Source: Nitriliruptoraceae bacterium
Lineage (GTDB): Bacteria; Actinomycetota; Nitriliruptoria; Nitriliruptorales; Nitriliruptoraceae
Reading direction: 5' to 3'
DNA: 64,000 nt
NCBI GenBank assembly: GCA_040904765.1
Contig: JBBDST010000008.1
Span: 4,219-68,218, forward strand
The first letter of the stretch is position 1. Each line of letters begins with the position of its first letter. Shown piece after piece: positions 27,726 to 37,755 of the stretch. Made by a program: the position numbers and the translations under genes. Below the pieces are notes generated by a model. It saw only the letters and a program-made list of their open reading frames with translations. It made no database searches and was not told the origin of the DNA.

Positions 27726-27803
27726 ACCACCTGTATCAGCTCAGTTCGGAAACACTCTTACTGGCCGTCTATTCACTGTGACAGCAAGTGAGGGGAGTGG
27801 CGA

Positions 27804-28640
27804 TTGCGACGGGGCTTCATATTCGTAGTCGTGTGTGCCCTTATAAGTGGAGTGGTTGAAATAGGCAACGTGTCGGCTGACCCGTCGTCACAGCGTTCAC
27901 TAAACTGTGTGGCATACCGCGCGGCAGGTGCGGTTGCATGTGAAGTGAGCGAATCATGGATCGCCCCAGGAGCGTTTCCTCACCCGCCACAGGAGACCTG
28001 GCCGCCTGTGGGCTACACGCTCATCACACGAGGACTATTGTCTGAGACACTTCAGGGTGAGACGTGTGTCGTGCATGTCCGAAGTTTGCAGCGCCTGCGT
28101 ACGCCAGTGTTTAGCGAAACCGACGTTGCCTTGCCTCCCCTTCACGAAGGTTTCCTCGAATGTCCCCCAGCAGAGCGATTAACGCCGGATAATGCCGACT
28201 ACGAGACGGTTGTTCGAAAAATTCGTGAAGTGCTGCCGCGACCCGTATTCACCGTGCAGCCAAACAACAACACGCTGGTGGGTATCCATACCCGCCTTGA
28301 AATGCCGACGCGTGCCTTAGCCATCGACACGCAAACGACGGTCAATCTGCTCTCAGGCCCAACCAACGTTCGTATCCGTGCACAAGGTGAATATTTCGTG
28401 CGATGGCGCGAATCCGGCGAAACAACCGGACCATATGAGGCGATTGACGGGCTACTGACGTCGCCGGCGTTTCAATACAACACCAGTGGCGATGAACTCG
28501 TTGAACTGATCGACGTTTGGACGGTTCACGTGAGCTCATTGGGTATGCCAACATTCCGCGACGTCGTGTATCTGGGCTATCCGCCACTTCTTGTGCGCGT
28601 GAATGAACTGGTGATCACCGTGATCCGTGACTTTGGATGA
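27804..28640 (+). CDS. hypothetical secreted protein
   Basis: Signal-peptide-like N-terminus MRRGFIFVVVCALISGVVEIGNVSA and several Cys residues. GGGGAG lies upstream of TTG 27804. No family recognised. Confidence 0.5.
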   Translation: MRRGFIFVVVCALISGVVEIGNVSADPSSQRSLNCVAYRAAGAVACEVSESWIAPGAFPHPPQETWPPVGYTLITRGLLSETLQGETCVVHVRSLQRLRTPVFSETDVALPPLHEGFLECPPAERLTPDNADYETVVRKIREVLPRPVFTVQPNNNTLVGIHTRLEMPTRALAIDTQTTVNLLSGPTNVRIRAQGEYFVRWRESGETTGPYEAIDGLLTSPAFQYNTSGDELVELIDVWTVHVSSLGMPTFRDVVYLGYPPLLVRVNELVITVIRDFG

Positions 28641-28804
28641 TGACACGACCCGTTTGAGGGGATGAGTCGCGATGCGTTGCAGGCCCTTCGATGCACATAA
28701 AACCGTTAGTTAACATAATGTATCTTATGGGGGGAAAGGAAGTGATCTGGCCAACAAGCAAATTTGGTTCAATCGGCGTTTTCCTACCGTTTACCCGTCA
28801 AGGC

Positions 28805-30115
28805 TTAAGTTAACGCCCGTTCTTGGTGTAACGCATGGGTCATATACGCGGCGATGGCAAGCATCGGTACAGCTCCACCCCAGGAGGCTGCGACCGAGAA
28901 GGTCTCCGCCACGTAACCAAACAAAGCCGGACCAATCGCCCCGCCAAGTCCAAGACCGGCCAACACGACCCCGCCAGATAAGGCTGGCCTCGCCGGTGAG
29001 ATCCGTACGCCCGAAAGAAACAAGAGGCCCGTCCAGCCCCACCCACCGCCGAGCAACACCAGCGCACTGATGATGCCAACGGTTATGCCAAGACGGCTGT
29101 CAGCCAACACATTGGTAGATAAAGTCAGACCTAAAGCCGCGAACGCACCACTACCAAGCAACACCGTAACGATCTGTAGTTCCCGGTTGTCGCTCCGGTC
29201 GACCAGGATCCCTGACCCGACACGACTCATCACTGCCACCAGCGATGCCAGTGCCAACACCAGGCCGGCATACTGGGCTGTCAGTCCCACTTGCTGCATA
29301 GAGGGAACAAGGAAACTTGCTCCACTGGCAGCAACGGTGCTACCGGTAGCCGAGGCGATGGCGAGCATTACCAGTTGTTTTTTGGTGTTACCGTCGGTTT
29401 GTGCAACATCGGATTCTTCAACGACCATGAGCTCATCAGGAATAGGCCCATCATCTGATTGCGGTTCATATGGCAGCGTTGGGTCAAGAGTTCGTATGCG
29501 ATCCAAGCCAGACGGAACGCTCATTGCCGTGAAGAATGCGAACACCGTCGCAAACAAAAACAGTGATCGCCACGCAAACACTTCACCCAGAATTGGTAGC
29601 GCAACTCCGGCGAGCAGTGCTGCCAGTGGGCCACTTGCTTCCTTTGCGCCAAAACCCAGTCCTTGCTGCTTGCGTGGAACTGCGCGTGACAATGCTCGCG
29701 ACCCAGACGTGTCAATGAAAGTCGTACCTAAACCACACAGGATTAGACCGATGCCTATCCGTGGCAGGCTGGTGGCAAACAGTGCAATAAACACTGATGA
29801 CAGCATGGTGAATGACATGCCTATGCGCAAAGCAACTGCCGCGCCGACTCGGTCGACCAATCGACCGGCTGGAAGCGAACAGACACCGGTAGTGATGAAA
29901 AACAAGGCCAGTACGGCACCAATACCGGCAAAGCCTGTTTCGATATCTTCCGCAATGCGGCCCTGGAACGCTCCGACGAGAAACAGTGGCAGCACGCCTG
30001 AACTTAACGCGGCAACCAGAGTTGCAACGACTCGGAAGGTTGGAAGGTCTAGTTGAGGCTGTGTGAGCTTGTTGGCACGTGCCCTTCGAGCACGCTGCAG
30101 CCTAGGTGAGTCCAC
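28805..30115 (-). CDS. MFS transporter
   Basis: 436 aa with about 12 hydrophobic segments. It has the GRLVDRVG loop motif between TM2 and TM3. Confidence 0.8.
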   Translation of the reverse strand: MDSPRLQRARRARANKLTQPQLDLPTFRVVATLVAALSSGVLPLFLVGAFQGRIAEDIETGFAGIGAVLALFFITTGVCSLPAGRLVDRVGAAVALRIGMSFTMLSSVFIALFATSLPRIGIGLILCGLGTTFIDTSGSRALSRAVPRKQQGLGFGAKEASGPLAALLAGVALPILGEVFAWRSLFLFATVFAFFTAMSVPSGLDRIRTLDPTLPYEPQSDDGPIPDELMVVEESDVAQTDGNTKKQLVMLAIASATGSTVAASGASFLVPSMQQVGLTAQYAGLVLALASLVAVMSRVGSGILVDRSDNRELQIVTVLLGSGAFAALGLTLSTNVLADSRLGITVGIISALVLLGGGWGWTGLLFLSGVRISPARPALSGGVVLAGLGLGGAIGPALFGYVAETFSVAASWGGAVPMLAIAAYMTHALHQERALT

Positions 30116-30944
30116 GAAACCGCCTTATCGAATCCGGGATGACCGTAAGAAATGCCACCGCGGTCCAACCAAACATCCACAGTAACGAACGTGACGCATC
30201 TCCTCCAATAGCAAACGCTCGGGTTGCATCGGTGGCGTGTGTTAAGGGACTAATGGAAGCAAAGGCAGATAGCCAGCTAGGCATCGTCTCAAGTGGAACA
30301 AATATGGAAGAGGCAAACACGAGCGGGAAAACCAGCACAAAACCGGCTGTTTGAACAGCTTCTGAGCCAGGAACGATCAGAGCCAACCAACAAAACAGCC
30401 AACTGAAGAGGTATCCGAACAGTCCAACAACTGCCACCGCAGCCACTGCTGACAGGATCCCCTCGGTGAATCGAAAACCAAGCAGGTAGCCAGCCACCAG
30501 CATCAACAGAATCACCATGAGTGAACGAATCAGGTCCGCGAGTGTTCGGCCTGCCAAGATTGAGCCGCGAGCAATCGGTAAAGACCGAAAACGGTCAATC
30601 ACCCCACGCTCGAGATCCTCGGCGATCCCTACAGCGGTTTGGGTGGCACGAAATGCCGCTGAGTGCACCAAAATGCCTGGCAGCAGAAAACTGATGTAGC
30701 TAACTCCCGGATCCAGTGCACTTTGTGCGATGCCGCCAAACACGAACGTGAACAGCACAATGAACATCACCGGCTGGATAGTGGAAAAGATGACAAAGCG
30801 TGGTTGACGAAAAAAGTGACGCAGGCTGCGTTTAGCGATGCTCCAACTGTCACGTATGACCCAAAGAGCGCGCAACACCGGATTTCGTTGGGCATTGGGA
30901 AGAACTGGCGTTGAATCGTTAAAAACAGCGACAGGGGTGCTCAT
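30102..30944 (-). CDS. ABC-2 type transporter permease (DrrB-like)
   Basis: 280 aa, six hydrophobic segments. 4-nt overlap with the upstream ATPase gene. Confidence 0.8.
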   Translation of the reverse strand: MSTPVAVFNDSTPVLPNAQRNPVLRALWVIRDSWSIAKRSLRHFFRQPRFVIFSTIQPVMFIVLFTFVFGGIAQSALDPGVSYISFLLPGILVHSAAFRATQTAVGIAEDLERGVIDRFRSLPIARGSILAGRTLADLIRSLMVILLMLVAGYLLGFRFTEGILSAVAAVAVVGLFGYLFSWLFCWLALIVPGSEAVQTAGFVLVFPLVFASSIFVPLETMPSWLSAFASISPLTHATDATRAFAIGGDASRSLLWMFGWTAVAFLTVIPDSIRRFRGLT

Positions 30945-31951
30945 AATCCTCCCATTCCGCGGCTGCGTCGCCGCGGGCGCTGCGCCGGTTTTTCCGACAG
31001 TTTGCTTTGTGTGGCACGGCCAGTGAGGCTCAAAAAGACGTCGTCGAGAGTTGGTCGGCGTAATCCAAGACTTGCGATGTCACGACTATGTGGACGCAGA
31101 CAGTCACTGACTTGGTGCAGTATGTCAATGGCGTTGTCTGGGTCAACCGTAATCTGCACACTCGTGGGGACACTGCCAGGTTGTGTGTCTGGCAGCAGTG
31201 CTGTTAACGCCCCTATGTCGGCCTGTTCAGTAAAAACAATCTCAACCACTTCCCCACCGATTTGCGCTTTCAATTCGTCAACACCACCTTCGGCGATGAT
31301 GTGACCATGCTCTATAACCGCGATCCGGTTGGCCAATTGGTCGGCTTCTTCGAGATACTGAGTCGTTAACAACACGGTCGTGCCGTCATCGACTAAAGCG
31401 CGCGTCAATTCCCAGATCGCATTGCGTGAACGCGGGTCAAGCCCTGTCGTTGGTTCATCCAAAAACAGCAGTTGAGGTCGGATGATCAAACTTGACGCAA
31501 GATCGAGACGACGTCGCATCCCGCCCGAATAAGTGCGTGCAGGCCGGTCGGCATCTGCGCCAAGATCAAGCAGTTCAAGCAGATCTGCGGCACGTTGACG
31601 CCGCAACTTTTTTGGCAGGCGCAGTAGCTCGCCAAACATTTCAAGATTTTCTCGGCCGGTAAGCACTCCATCGATCGCAGCTGACTGACCCGTCAACGCA
31701 ATTTTGCGGCGAACGGCATCACTGTTGCGCGTAACGTCACTGCCAAAAACCCGCGCAGAGCCGCGATCGAGCCGTGTGAGAGTCGCGAGAATTCGCACAA
31801 TAGTGGTCTTACCGGCCCCGTTTGGTCCCAAAAGTCCAAAGATGGTTCCCGCAGTCACAGTGAGGTCAACGCCAGCCAAAGCGATGGTGTCACCAAAAGA
31901 CTTCTCGACCCCAGACATCTCAATCGCTTGTGTCATCGCGCGGGCCACCAA
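30941..31951 (-). CDS. ABC transporter ATP-binding protein (DrrA-like)
   Basis: Walker A GPNGAGKTT, signature YSGGMRRRLDLA and Walker B LLFLDEPTTGLD. Confidence 0.9.
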   Translation of the reverse strand: MVARAMTQAIEMSGVEKSFGDTIALAGVDLTVTAGTIFGLLGPNGAGKTTIVRILATLTRLDRGSARVFGSDVTRNSDAVRRKIALTGQSAAIDGVLTGRENLEMFGELLRLPKKLRRQRAADLLELLDLGADADRPARTYSGGMRRRLDLASSLIIRPQLLFLDEPTTGLDPRSRNAIWELTRALVDDGTTVLLTTQYLEEADQLANRIAVIEHGHIIAEGGVDELKAQIGGEVVEIVFTEQADIGALTALLPDTQPGSVPTSVQITVDPDNAIDILHQVSDCLRPHSRDIASLGLRRPTLDDVFLSLTGRATQSKLSEKPAQRPRRRSRGMGGL

Positions 31952-32018
31952 CCTTGCTTCACCGACGGGTTATAGGCGCGTAGATAGGCGCGCGCGTAGA
32001 AGCGTAGCGACGGCCAGG

Positions 32019-32657
32019 TCATAACGTTTCGCGCGTCCACGCGGTTGCTAAAGCGTCGGCATATTCGTTCCACCGGTAGCCGGTGTGGGCTTGTATCCAC
32101 CGCAATTCAAGCTCAGGACGCTGACGAAACGTTTCGAACAGTGGTTTTACTAAGTCAAGGTTTTCAACCGGTCCACTTTTGCGTTTCCAACCCCGTTTCT
32201 CCCAGCTTGCGGCCCATGTCTTCACCGTATCGACCGCAAGTTTTGAATCGGTGTAGATCGTTGCCCGCTCCCCCACAGGTACTAGTTCTGCGGCCACTAG
32301 GAGTGCTTGGAGTTCCATCCGATTGTTGGTCGTCGCCGGCGCATGCCCGTAGCGCTGATCCACGATCATGTTGTCTTTCACGTAGACGGCACCCCAGCCG
32401 CCAGGACCCGGGTTTGGTTGCGCGGAACCGTCTGTGAACACCCCGGTATCAGGCCCGTCGGTGTAGCGCGCAAGAACTTCGTCAATCCCTACGGCAGCCG
32501 GCGTCGACACGCGGGTTGTAGAGGGCCCGGCAGCACGTTTCAGTATTTTACCGTTTGCCCGATGGCATGCCGAACACAACGAAGGCTTCCACCCTGGGTA
32601 GCGCTCTGCAACGGTTGAACTGATGGTGAACGCGTCACCACAGCGGGTGCAGGTCAC
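32019..32657 (-). CDS. rnhA: ribonuclease HI with N-terminal CxxC...CxxC zinc-ribbon extension
   Basis: RNase H DEDD set: FTDGS, NNRMELQAL, IYTDSK and NEYADALA. The N-terminus is MTCTRCGD...LCSACH. GTG overlaps the stop of the upstream small ORF (GTGA). Confidence 0.8.
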   Translation of the reverse strand: MTCTRCGDAFTISSTVAERYPGWKPSLCSACHRANGKILKRAAGPSTTRVSTPAAVGIDEVLARYTDGPDTGVFTDGSAQPNPGPGGWGAVYVKDNMIVDQRYGHAPATTNNRMELQALLVAAELVPVGERATIYTDSKLAVDTVKTWAASWEKRGWKRKSGPVENLDLVKPLFETFRQRPELELRWIQAHTGYRWNEYADALATAWTRETL

Positions 32658-32917
32658 GGCAGTCGAAATTCCACCGGGGTGAGCCGCATTCCAAAGATTT
32701 CTTTAGTGTAGCGGCCAGGCAACCCTCGTTCAATCAGAAATTCGGCAGGTGACGCCTCAAGATCAAAACCGATCACCAGCTCACAACTGTCGCAACGGTA
32801 CTTGCCGAAACCGCCTTGCCCGCCCACAAGATGCTGCTCACCATCGCAGCGGGTACAGGAACGGCGCTGTGCGACAGTGTCGACAGCGGTGGCAGTGTGT
32901 AGCGTCTGTTCATCCAT
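32654..32917 (-). CDS. small zinc-ribbon protein, hypothetical
   Basis: 87 aa with CTRCDG...YRCDSC (two CxxC pairs). It is translationally coupled to the RNase HI gene. Confidence 0.45.
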   Translation of the reverse strand: MDEQTLHTATAVDTVAQRRSCTRCDGEQHLVGGQGGFGKYRCDSCELVIGFDLEASPAEFLIERGLPGRYTKEIFGMRLTPVEFRLP

Positions 32918-32983
32918 AGCAACAGCGTACCTACTATTGCCCAGTCAATGCACGTACTTCGGACAAACTTGCCTCATTCACGC

Positions 32984-34216
32984 TCAACTTTTAGCGTCGG
33001 TAATAACTGCGACTGTGTCCTGATCGCGTCGGATGATCTCTATACGCCAACCGGTTGGTCCCCGTTGAGGTGCGCCAAGACGCTGCCACAGTTGGGTGAT
33101 ATCAAGGTCTGCACCGTGCAGCACAATCTCAACAGGGCGTTCAGCCAGCGCAGCCAGGCTTTGGCGGATCTGTTTAGGTTGGGCTGAACACACGGCTGCG
33201 ATGCGTCGGGCGTGAAACCACGGTGATGGCAACGGCCGATTAAGCGTGAAAAACACTGCCCGATGTTCGGCCAAACGCTGTCCTTGGATCTGTGCTGCGA
33301 GCTGATCATGTACGCGTGCACGGATCGCAGCAGGTCGCATCGTGATGAGCCAGCCGTCGATGGCTCGGTTCACCGGAGCGTGCGACAGCACCGTCGTACG
33401 CGCAAGTGTTAACTGTTCAGGCAGCAGTACGGCCGTGGCACAAGCGTTGCTATCCGACCTGGCAGCACCGCCCCACAACACTGCTTCGGTGAGTTGTCCA
33501 GCCACGTCAAGATAGGTCACTTCCGTGTTTGGTGGCAGAGCCGCATCATCACTGTCGACACCAGGTGCTACGGCAATAGCAACCACCGTCGCTTGACTGT
33601 GACGTTCCAACAGCACCGGTACAGGTGGTTTATAGGCTCCAAGCGACAAGATGCGTTGACCGTTGTGGCGTCGTGACGGATCGGCAAAGACGGCGTCAGT
33701 GCTGCCAGTAGCAACGCTGCGCGCATCACCCACCGAAATCGTCGCATCAGTACCAAGAACGGACAGGTTGTGCCGCAAAAACACGGCGCGGACCGGATCG
33801 ATCTCGACACACGTTAAGGGCACACCGAGTCGACCTAAATACTCGGCATCTCCCCCAACTCCAGCACACAAGTCAACGATGCGTTGTGGCTGGTCGTCTG
33901 TCGCTGCGTGAAAGCGTCTCAGAAGATCTGTGGCACGCCACTGTGCCACTTGCGGGTCGCTGAGTTGTTCAAGGGCATCTTTGGTGAAGAACATCTCGCT
34001 TGCATGCGCATAGCGCTTGGTTGCTTTATGACGTACATGAACCAGTTGTAAAACGGCGCTTCGTCGAGCGGGCGAAAATGTGGTGTTGCGCGCTAACTGC
34101 TCAGCCAATTTGAGGGCAGAGGTGCCTGCCGCCAACTCATTTGAAACGTCCCGGCAAAGGCGCGTGGCATCAGCAGTGAGCAGCCAGTTAGCCGTGTCAA
34201 GTTCTACAGTTTCCAC
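32984..34216 (-). CDS. class I SAM-dependent methyltransferase (THUMP-like C-terminal region)
   Basis: SAM motif I RIVDLCAGVGGDAEYL and acidic motif II CVEIDP. 410 aa. Confidence 0.65.
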   Translation of the reverse strand: METVELDTANWLLTADATRLCRDVSNELAAGTSALKLAEQLARNTTFSPARRSAVLQLVHVRHKATKRYAHASEMFFTKDALEQLSDPQVAQWRATDLLRRFHAATDDQPQRIVDLCAGVGGDAEYLGRLGVPLTCVEIDPVRAVFLRHNLSVLGTDATISVGDARSVATGSTDAVFADPSRRHNGQRILSLGAYKPPVPVLLERHSQATVVAIAVAPGVDSDDAALPPNTEVTYLDVAGQLTEAVLWGGAARSDSNACATAVLLPEQLTLARTTVLSHAPVNRAIDGWLITMRPAAIRARVHDQLAAQIQGQRLAEHRAVFFTLNRPLPSPWFHARRIAAVCSAQPKQIRQSLAALAERPVEIVLHGADLDITQLWQRLGAPQRGPTGWRIEIIRRDQDTVAVITDAKS

Positions 34217-34292
34217 ACACGTTGCCTCTTTACTGCGAACGGTCGACTCAACGTCACACTACCGCCTTGCCGCCACCGGTACAGTTGGTGGC

Positions 34293-35207
34293 ATGCAACT
34301 ATTCAATTTTGATGAGCCGCTCGATGATCTTGCCGATCTAATCGGTGAAGATCCGGCACTGGTGCTTGCATTTGATGGCTGGACTGATGCCGGACATGCG
34401 GGAACACGGGCAGGCAAGATTCTGCGTGAAGTGTTCCCGACAACCAAAATTGGCATGTTTCCTTCCGATGCCCTGTATGACTATCGCGACCGTCGACCAA
34501 GCCTTGCGATTCGTCGGGGCGATTTGGGACGGCCAAGTTGGCCTGAAACAATCGTTGATGTCGTCAAACCGCCGTCTGGTCCGGCCCTCATATTGGTCAG
34601 TGGACCCGAACCTGACTTGGCGTGGCGGGCGCTGGCATCTGACCTCACTGAGCTTGCCGCAACCCTTGGTGCTGGCCGTTATGTGGGGCTAGGTAGTGTG
34701 CCTGGCCCACTACCACACACCCGGCCAGTGCAGTTAGTTTGCACGTCAAGTAGCGACGAACTGCGGGAACGGATAGGCCGGCCACATGAAGAAGTGATCG
34801 TGCCTGCATCGTGCCAAGTCGCCGTCGAAGCAGAACTTGCACGCGCTGGGATCGAAACGCTTGGACTGTGGGCACGTATCCCCCACTATGTTGCTGGCGA
34901 ATTTCCGGCAGCGGCCCGCACGCTGCTTGAACAGTTATCGAGTCATCTTGGTACGCCAGTTGACCTGCGTGCACTCGACGAAGAAGTGTCGCAGCACCGC
35001 ACGCAACTGGATCTTGCAGCTAAGGCGAGCCAAGAGGTGTTGCAGCATGTGCAACAGCTCGAATCGATGTATGACACCGAACGTGAAGCAGAACGCGAAT
35101 TTCAGTCGCCACTACGTGCAGCTCCGGCATTGCGCGAAGATCAGGTCCCGACAGCAGAAGATTTGGCGGCCGAAATCGAACGATTTTTGCAAGGACGCGC
35201 CGAGTAG
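34293..35207 (+). CDS. PAC2 (proteasome assembly chaperone 2-like) family protein
   Basis: The ALVLAFDGWTDAGHAG N-terminal motif is typical of actinobacterial PAC2 proteins. The ORF part upstream of ATG 34293 overlaps the divergent methyltransferase. Confidence 0.7.
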   Translation: MQLFNFDEPLDDLADLIGEDPALVLAFDGWTDAGHAGTRAGKILREVFPTTKIGMFPSDALYDYRDRRPSLAIRRGDLGRPSWPETIVDVVKPPSGPALILVSGPEPDLAWRALASDLTELAATLGAGRYVGLGSVPGPLPHTRPVQLVCTSSSDELRERIGRPHEEVIVPASCQVAVEAELARAGIETLGLWARIPHYVAGEFPAAARTLLEQLSSHLGTPVDLRALDEEVSQHRTQLDLAAKASQEVLQHVQQLESMYDTEREAEREFQSPLRAAPALREDQVPTAEDLAAEIERFLQGRAE

Positions 35208-35228
35208 AACGTCACTGGCATCGCGCGG

Positions 35229-36341
35229 TTACTGCAGGTGCTCAACGACCGCATCGACACAGTGCGTGTAGGCCTCAACGTCAGCGGTGTCGACTGCGGG
35301 AAACATCCCAACACGTAGCTGGTTTCGGCCGAGTTTGCGGTACGGGTCGGTGTCCAGGATGCCGTTTTCTCGCAACGTGGCGTTGATGTCATCCGCGCGG
35401 ATCGCATCGTCAATGTCGATGGTGCCAACCACCAGCGAACGGTGTTCAGACGACTGCACAAACGGGGTTGTGAAGGCCGTGCGGTCAGCCCAGTCATACA
35501 ACACGGCAGCTTTCTTGCGCTGTTCAGCAACGACCCCATCGAGGCTGCCAAACGTGTCAAGCTGCCAAGTGACCTGTTCCGCCGCAAGAAACACCGTTGA
35601 GATTGACAGGGTGTTGTACGTCTGGTGTTTGCGGCTGTTGTCCAGTGCGACAGCCAAGTTGAAAAACTCGGGGATATACCGGCCTGAATGTGCGATCTTT
35701 TCGATGCGTTCGATCGCCTTTGGAGAGAGGATCGCGACGGTAAGTCCACCCTCAGATGCGAAGCCCTTCTGCAAACTGAAGTAGTACACGTCAGTGTGTG
35801 CAATATCGACCGGCAGACCGCCAGCACCCGACGTGGCATCGACGACGACGAGCGTGTCGTCAAGGCGGGCTGGGGCAAGCATCGCGCCAGTAGATGTTTC
35901 GTTGTGGGTGATCGCTTGCACATCACAGTCAGCTACGACCGAAAGTTTTGGGGCCGTTCCGACCGGAGCGTCAACAACATCAGGGTCTTGAAGCCATGGG
36001 GCTTTGGCCGTGACACTGGCGAATTTGCTGCTGAACTCACCAAAGACGTAGTGGCGCGAACGTTCGAGTACCAACCCGTGCGCGGCTGCGTCCCAAAAGG
36101 CGGTGGCTCCGCCAAGGGTGAACAGCACTTCATAGCCCTCTGGCAGAGAAAAAAGAGTTCGGATGCCTTCGGCGAGCCGACCAACCTCGTTACGTACGCG
36201 CGCCTGACGATGTGACGTGCCAAGTAACGTGTCTGCTTCGGCGGCAAGTCGCTTCACCGCTTCAGGACGGATCTTGCTTGGCCCACATCCAAAGCGCCCA
36301 TCGCGTGGTTTTAGTGTGTCAGGCAGTCTGAACGTAGTCAC
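35229..36341 (-). CDS. serC: phosphoserine aminotransferase (actinobacterial type)
   Basis: N-terminus LPDTLKPRDGRFGCGPSKIRPE, plus FSLQKGFASEGG. The start is set at GTG 36341 (GTG 36347 is an alternative). The 471-aa ORF start adds a non-conserved leader. Confidence 0.85.
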   Translation of the reverse strand: MTTFRLPDTLKPRDGRFGCGPSKIRPEAVKRLAAEADTLLGTSHRQARVRNEVGRLAEGIRTLFSLPEGYEVLFTLGGATAFWDAAAHGLVLERSRHYVFGEFSSKFASVTAKAPWLQDPDVVDAPVGTAPKLSVVADCDVQAITHNETSTGAMLAPARLDDTLVVVDATSGAGGLPVDIAHTDVYYFSLQKGFASEGGLTVAILSPKAIERIEKIAHSGRYIPEFFNLAVALDNSRKHQTYNTLSISTVFLAAEQVTWQLDTFGSLDGVVAEQRKKAAVLYDWADRTAFTTPFVQSSEHRSLVVGTIDIDDAIRADDINATLRENGILDTDPYRKLGRNQLRVGMFPAVDTADVEAYTHCVDAVVEHLQ

Positions 36342-36501
36342 AAGCACCTCGATTAAAAGAACGATAGAAAGGCAATGATGGTTAGTACTGCTAGCGTGTG
36401 CGTTACGCGGTCGCGCTGCAGGTGTTAAGCGTAACCGACGCGCCCACGCGATCCGCTGCCCTACACTTTTCGTTCGTTTCGCGTACGCACTGGAGCGCAC
36501 T

Positions 36502-37695
36502 ATGTCATTAGCACGCCGCATCACAATGATGGAAGAATCACCGACGTTAGCGGTCGATGCGAAGGCCAAGGCGCTCAAAGCCGCGGGTGAACCGGTGATC
36601 GGGTTTGGTTCCGGCGAACCAGACTTTGCAACTCCGGCACACATTGCAGAAGCCGCATCGAAAGCGTGCCTGCTCCCCGCAAACCACCACTACACGGCAA
36701 CGACAGGTTTACCGCAACTGCGCAAAGCAATTGCCGAAACCACGGCGAAAACCGCCGGTTTGCCCTACACCGCAGACAACGTGGTTGTAACCAACGGCGG
36801 CAAACACTCGCTGTACAACATTTTTATGACGCTGGTCGACCCGGGCGATGAAGTGATTATCCCTGCCCCGTTCTGGGTGACGTATCCCGAACAGGTGAAA
36901 TTAGCGCAAGGCGTTCCGGTTGTCGTGTCTGCAGGTGCAGACACATCATTTCGGGTCAGTGTCGAAATGCTCGAACAGGCACGTACCCCAAAAACGAAGG
37001 TGCTTGTGTTCTGTTCGCCAGCCAACCCGACCGGTTCGGTGTATCCGGCAGCTGAGGTGGATGCGATTGCCCGCTGGGCGGTAGAAAACGACATTTGGAT
37101 CGTGACCGACGAGATCTACCACAAGCTTGTATATGGGGACGCGGTGTTCACTTCGGTCCCCAAAAACGTGCCGGAAATTGCTGAACGGGTCGTCATCACC
37201 TCCGGCGTTGCCAAGTCCTATGCGATGACCGGCTGGCGTATCGGCTGGTCGGTAGGACCAGAAGAATTCACGAAAGGTGTCGCAAAACTCCAAAGCCAAC
37301 TCACGTCGAACATCGGCAATATTTCGCAGTTGGCAGCGGTCGAAGCACTGACAGGGCCGCAAGACGAGATTGAGAACATGCGGCAAATCTTCGATAGCCG
37401 TCGCGTGTTGGCCTTGAAATCACTGCGTGAAATTGACGGGGTCGACGTTGTCGAGCCCGAAGGCGCCTTTTATGTTTTCCCGTCGTTCCAAGCGGTGATA
37501 GGCCGCACAGTCAACGGGCATCACATCACCTCGACGATGCAACTTGCCGAACTTCTGTTGGATGAAGTGAAAGTTGCCATCGTTCCTGGTGAAGCATTTG
37601 GGGCACCGGGTTACCTGCGTTTGTCGTATGCGCTAGGTGAAGACGACCTCGTTGAAGGCATCGGCCGGATCGCCGATTTCATCAACAACGGCTAG
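36502..37695 (+). CDS. pyridoxal-phosphate-dependent aminotransferase, class I (aspartate aminotransferase-like)
   Basis: FGSGEPDFATP, NPTG and the PLP-lysine context SGVAKSYAMTGWRIGW. 397 aa. Confidence 0.85.
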   Translation: MSLARRITMMEESPTLAVDAKAKALKAAGEPVIGFGSGEPDFATPAHIAEAASKACLLPANHHYTATTGLPQLRKAIAETTAKTAGLPYTADNVVVTNGGKHSLYNIFMTLVDPGDEVIIPAPFWVTYPEQVKLAQGVPVVVSAGADTSFRVSVEMLEQARTPKTKVLVFCSPANPTGSVYPAAEVDAIARWAVENDIWIVTDEIYHKLVYGDAVFTSVPKNVPEIAERVVITSGVAKSYAMTGWRIGWSVGPEEFTKGVAKLQSQLTSNIGNISQLAAVEALTGPQDEIENMRQIFDSRRVLALKSLREIDGVDVVEPEGAFYVFPSFQAVIGRTVNGHHITSTMQLAELLLDEVKVAIVPGEAFGAPGYLRLSYALGEDDLVEGIGRIADFINNG

Positions 37696-37708
37696 CCGAC
37701 CTGCACAT

Positions 37709-37750
37709 AAAGATGGGGCCTTGCACCGGCGTGTGCAAGGCCCCATCTTT
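37709..37750. terminator. bidirectional hairpin terminator between convergent genes
   Basis: Perfect 18-bp stem AAAGATGGGGCCTTGCAC / GTGCAAGGCCCCATCTTT with a 6-nt loop, ending in a T run. It lies between the aminotransferase stop (37695) and the ahcY stop (37756). Confidence 0.65.
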
Positions 37751-37755
37751 TACTA

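Noticed and set aside
29070-30056. 328-aa plus-strand ORF. Similar long shadow ORFs occur at 9715-10344, 20263-20949, 21203-21955, 35141-35926 and 40999-41361.
   Set aside because: All are antisense or out of frame to genes with clear family motifs. Their translations are low-complexity Arg/Ser/Pro/Ala-rich, as is typical of shadow frames in GC-rich DNA.
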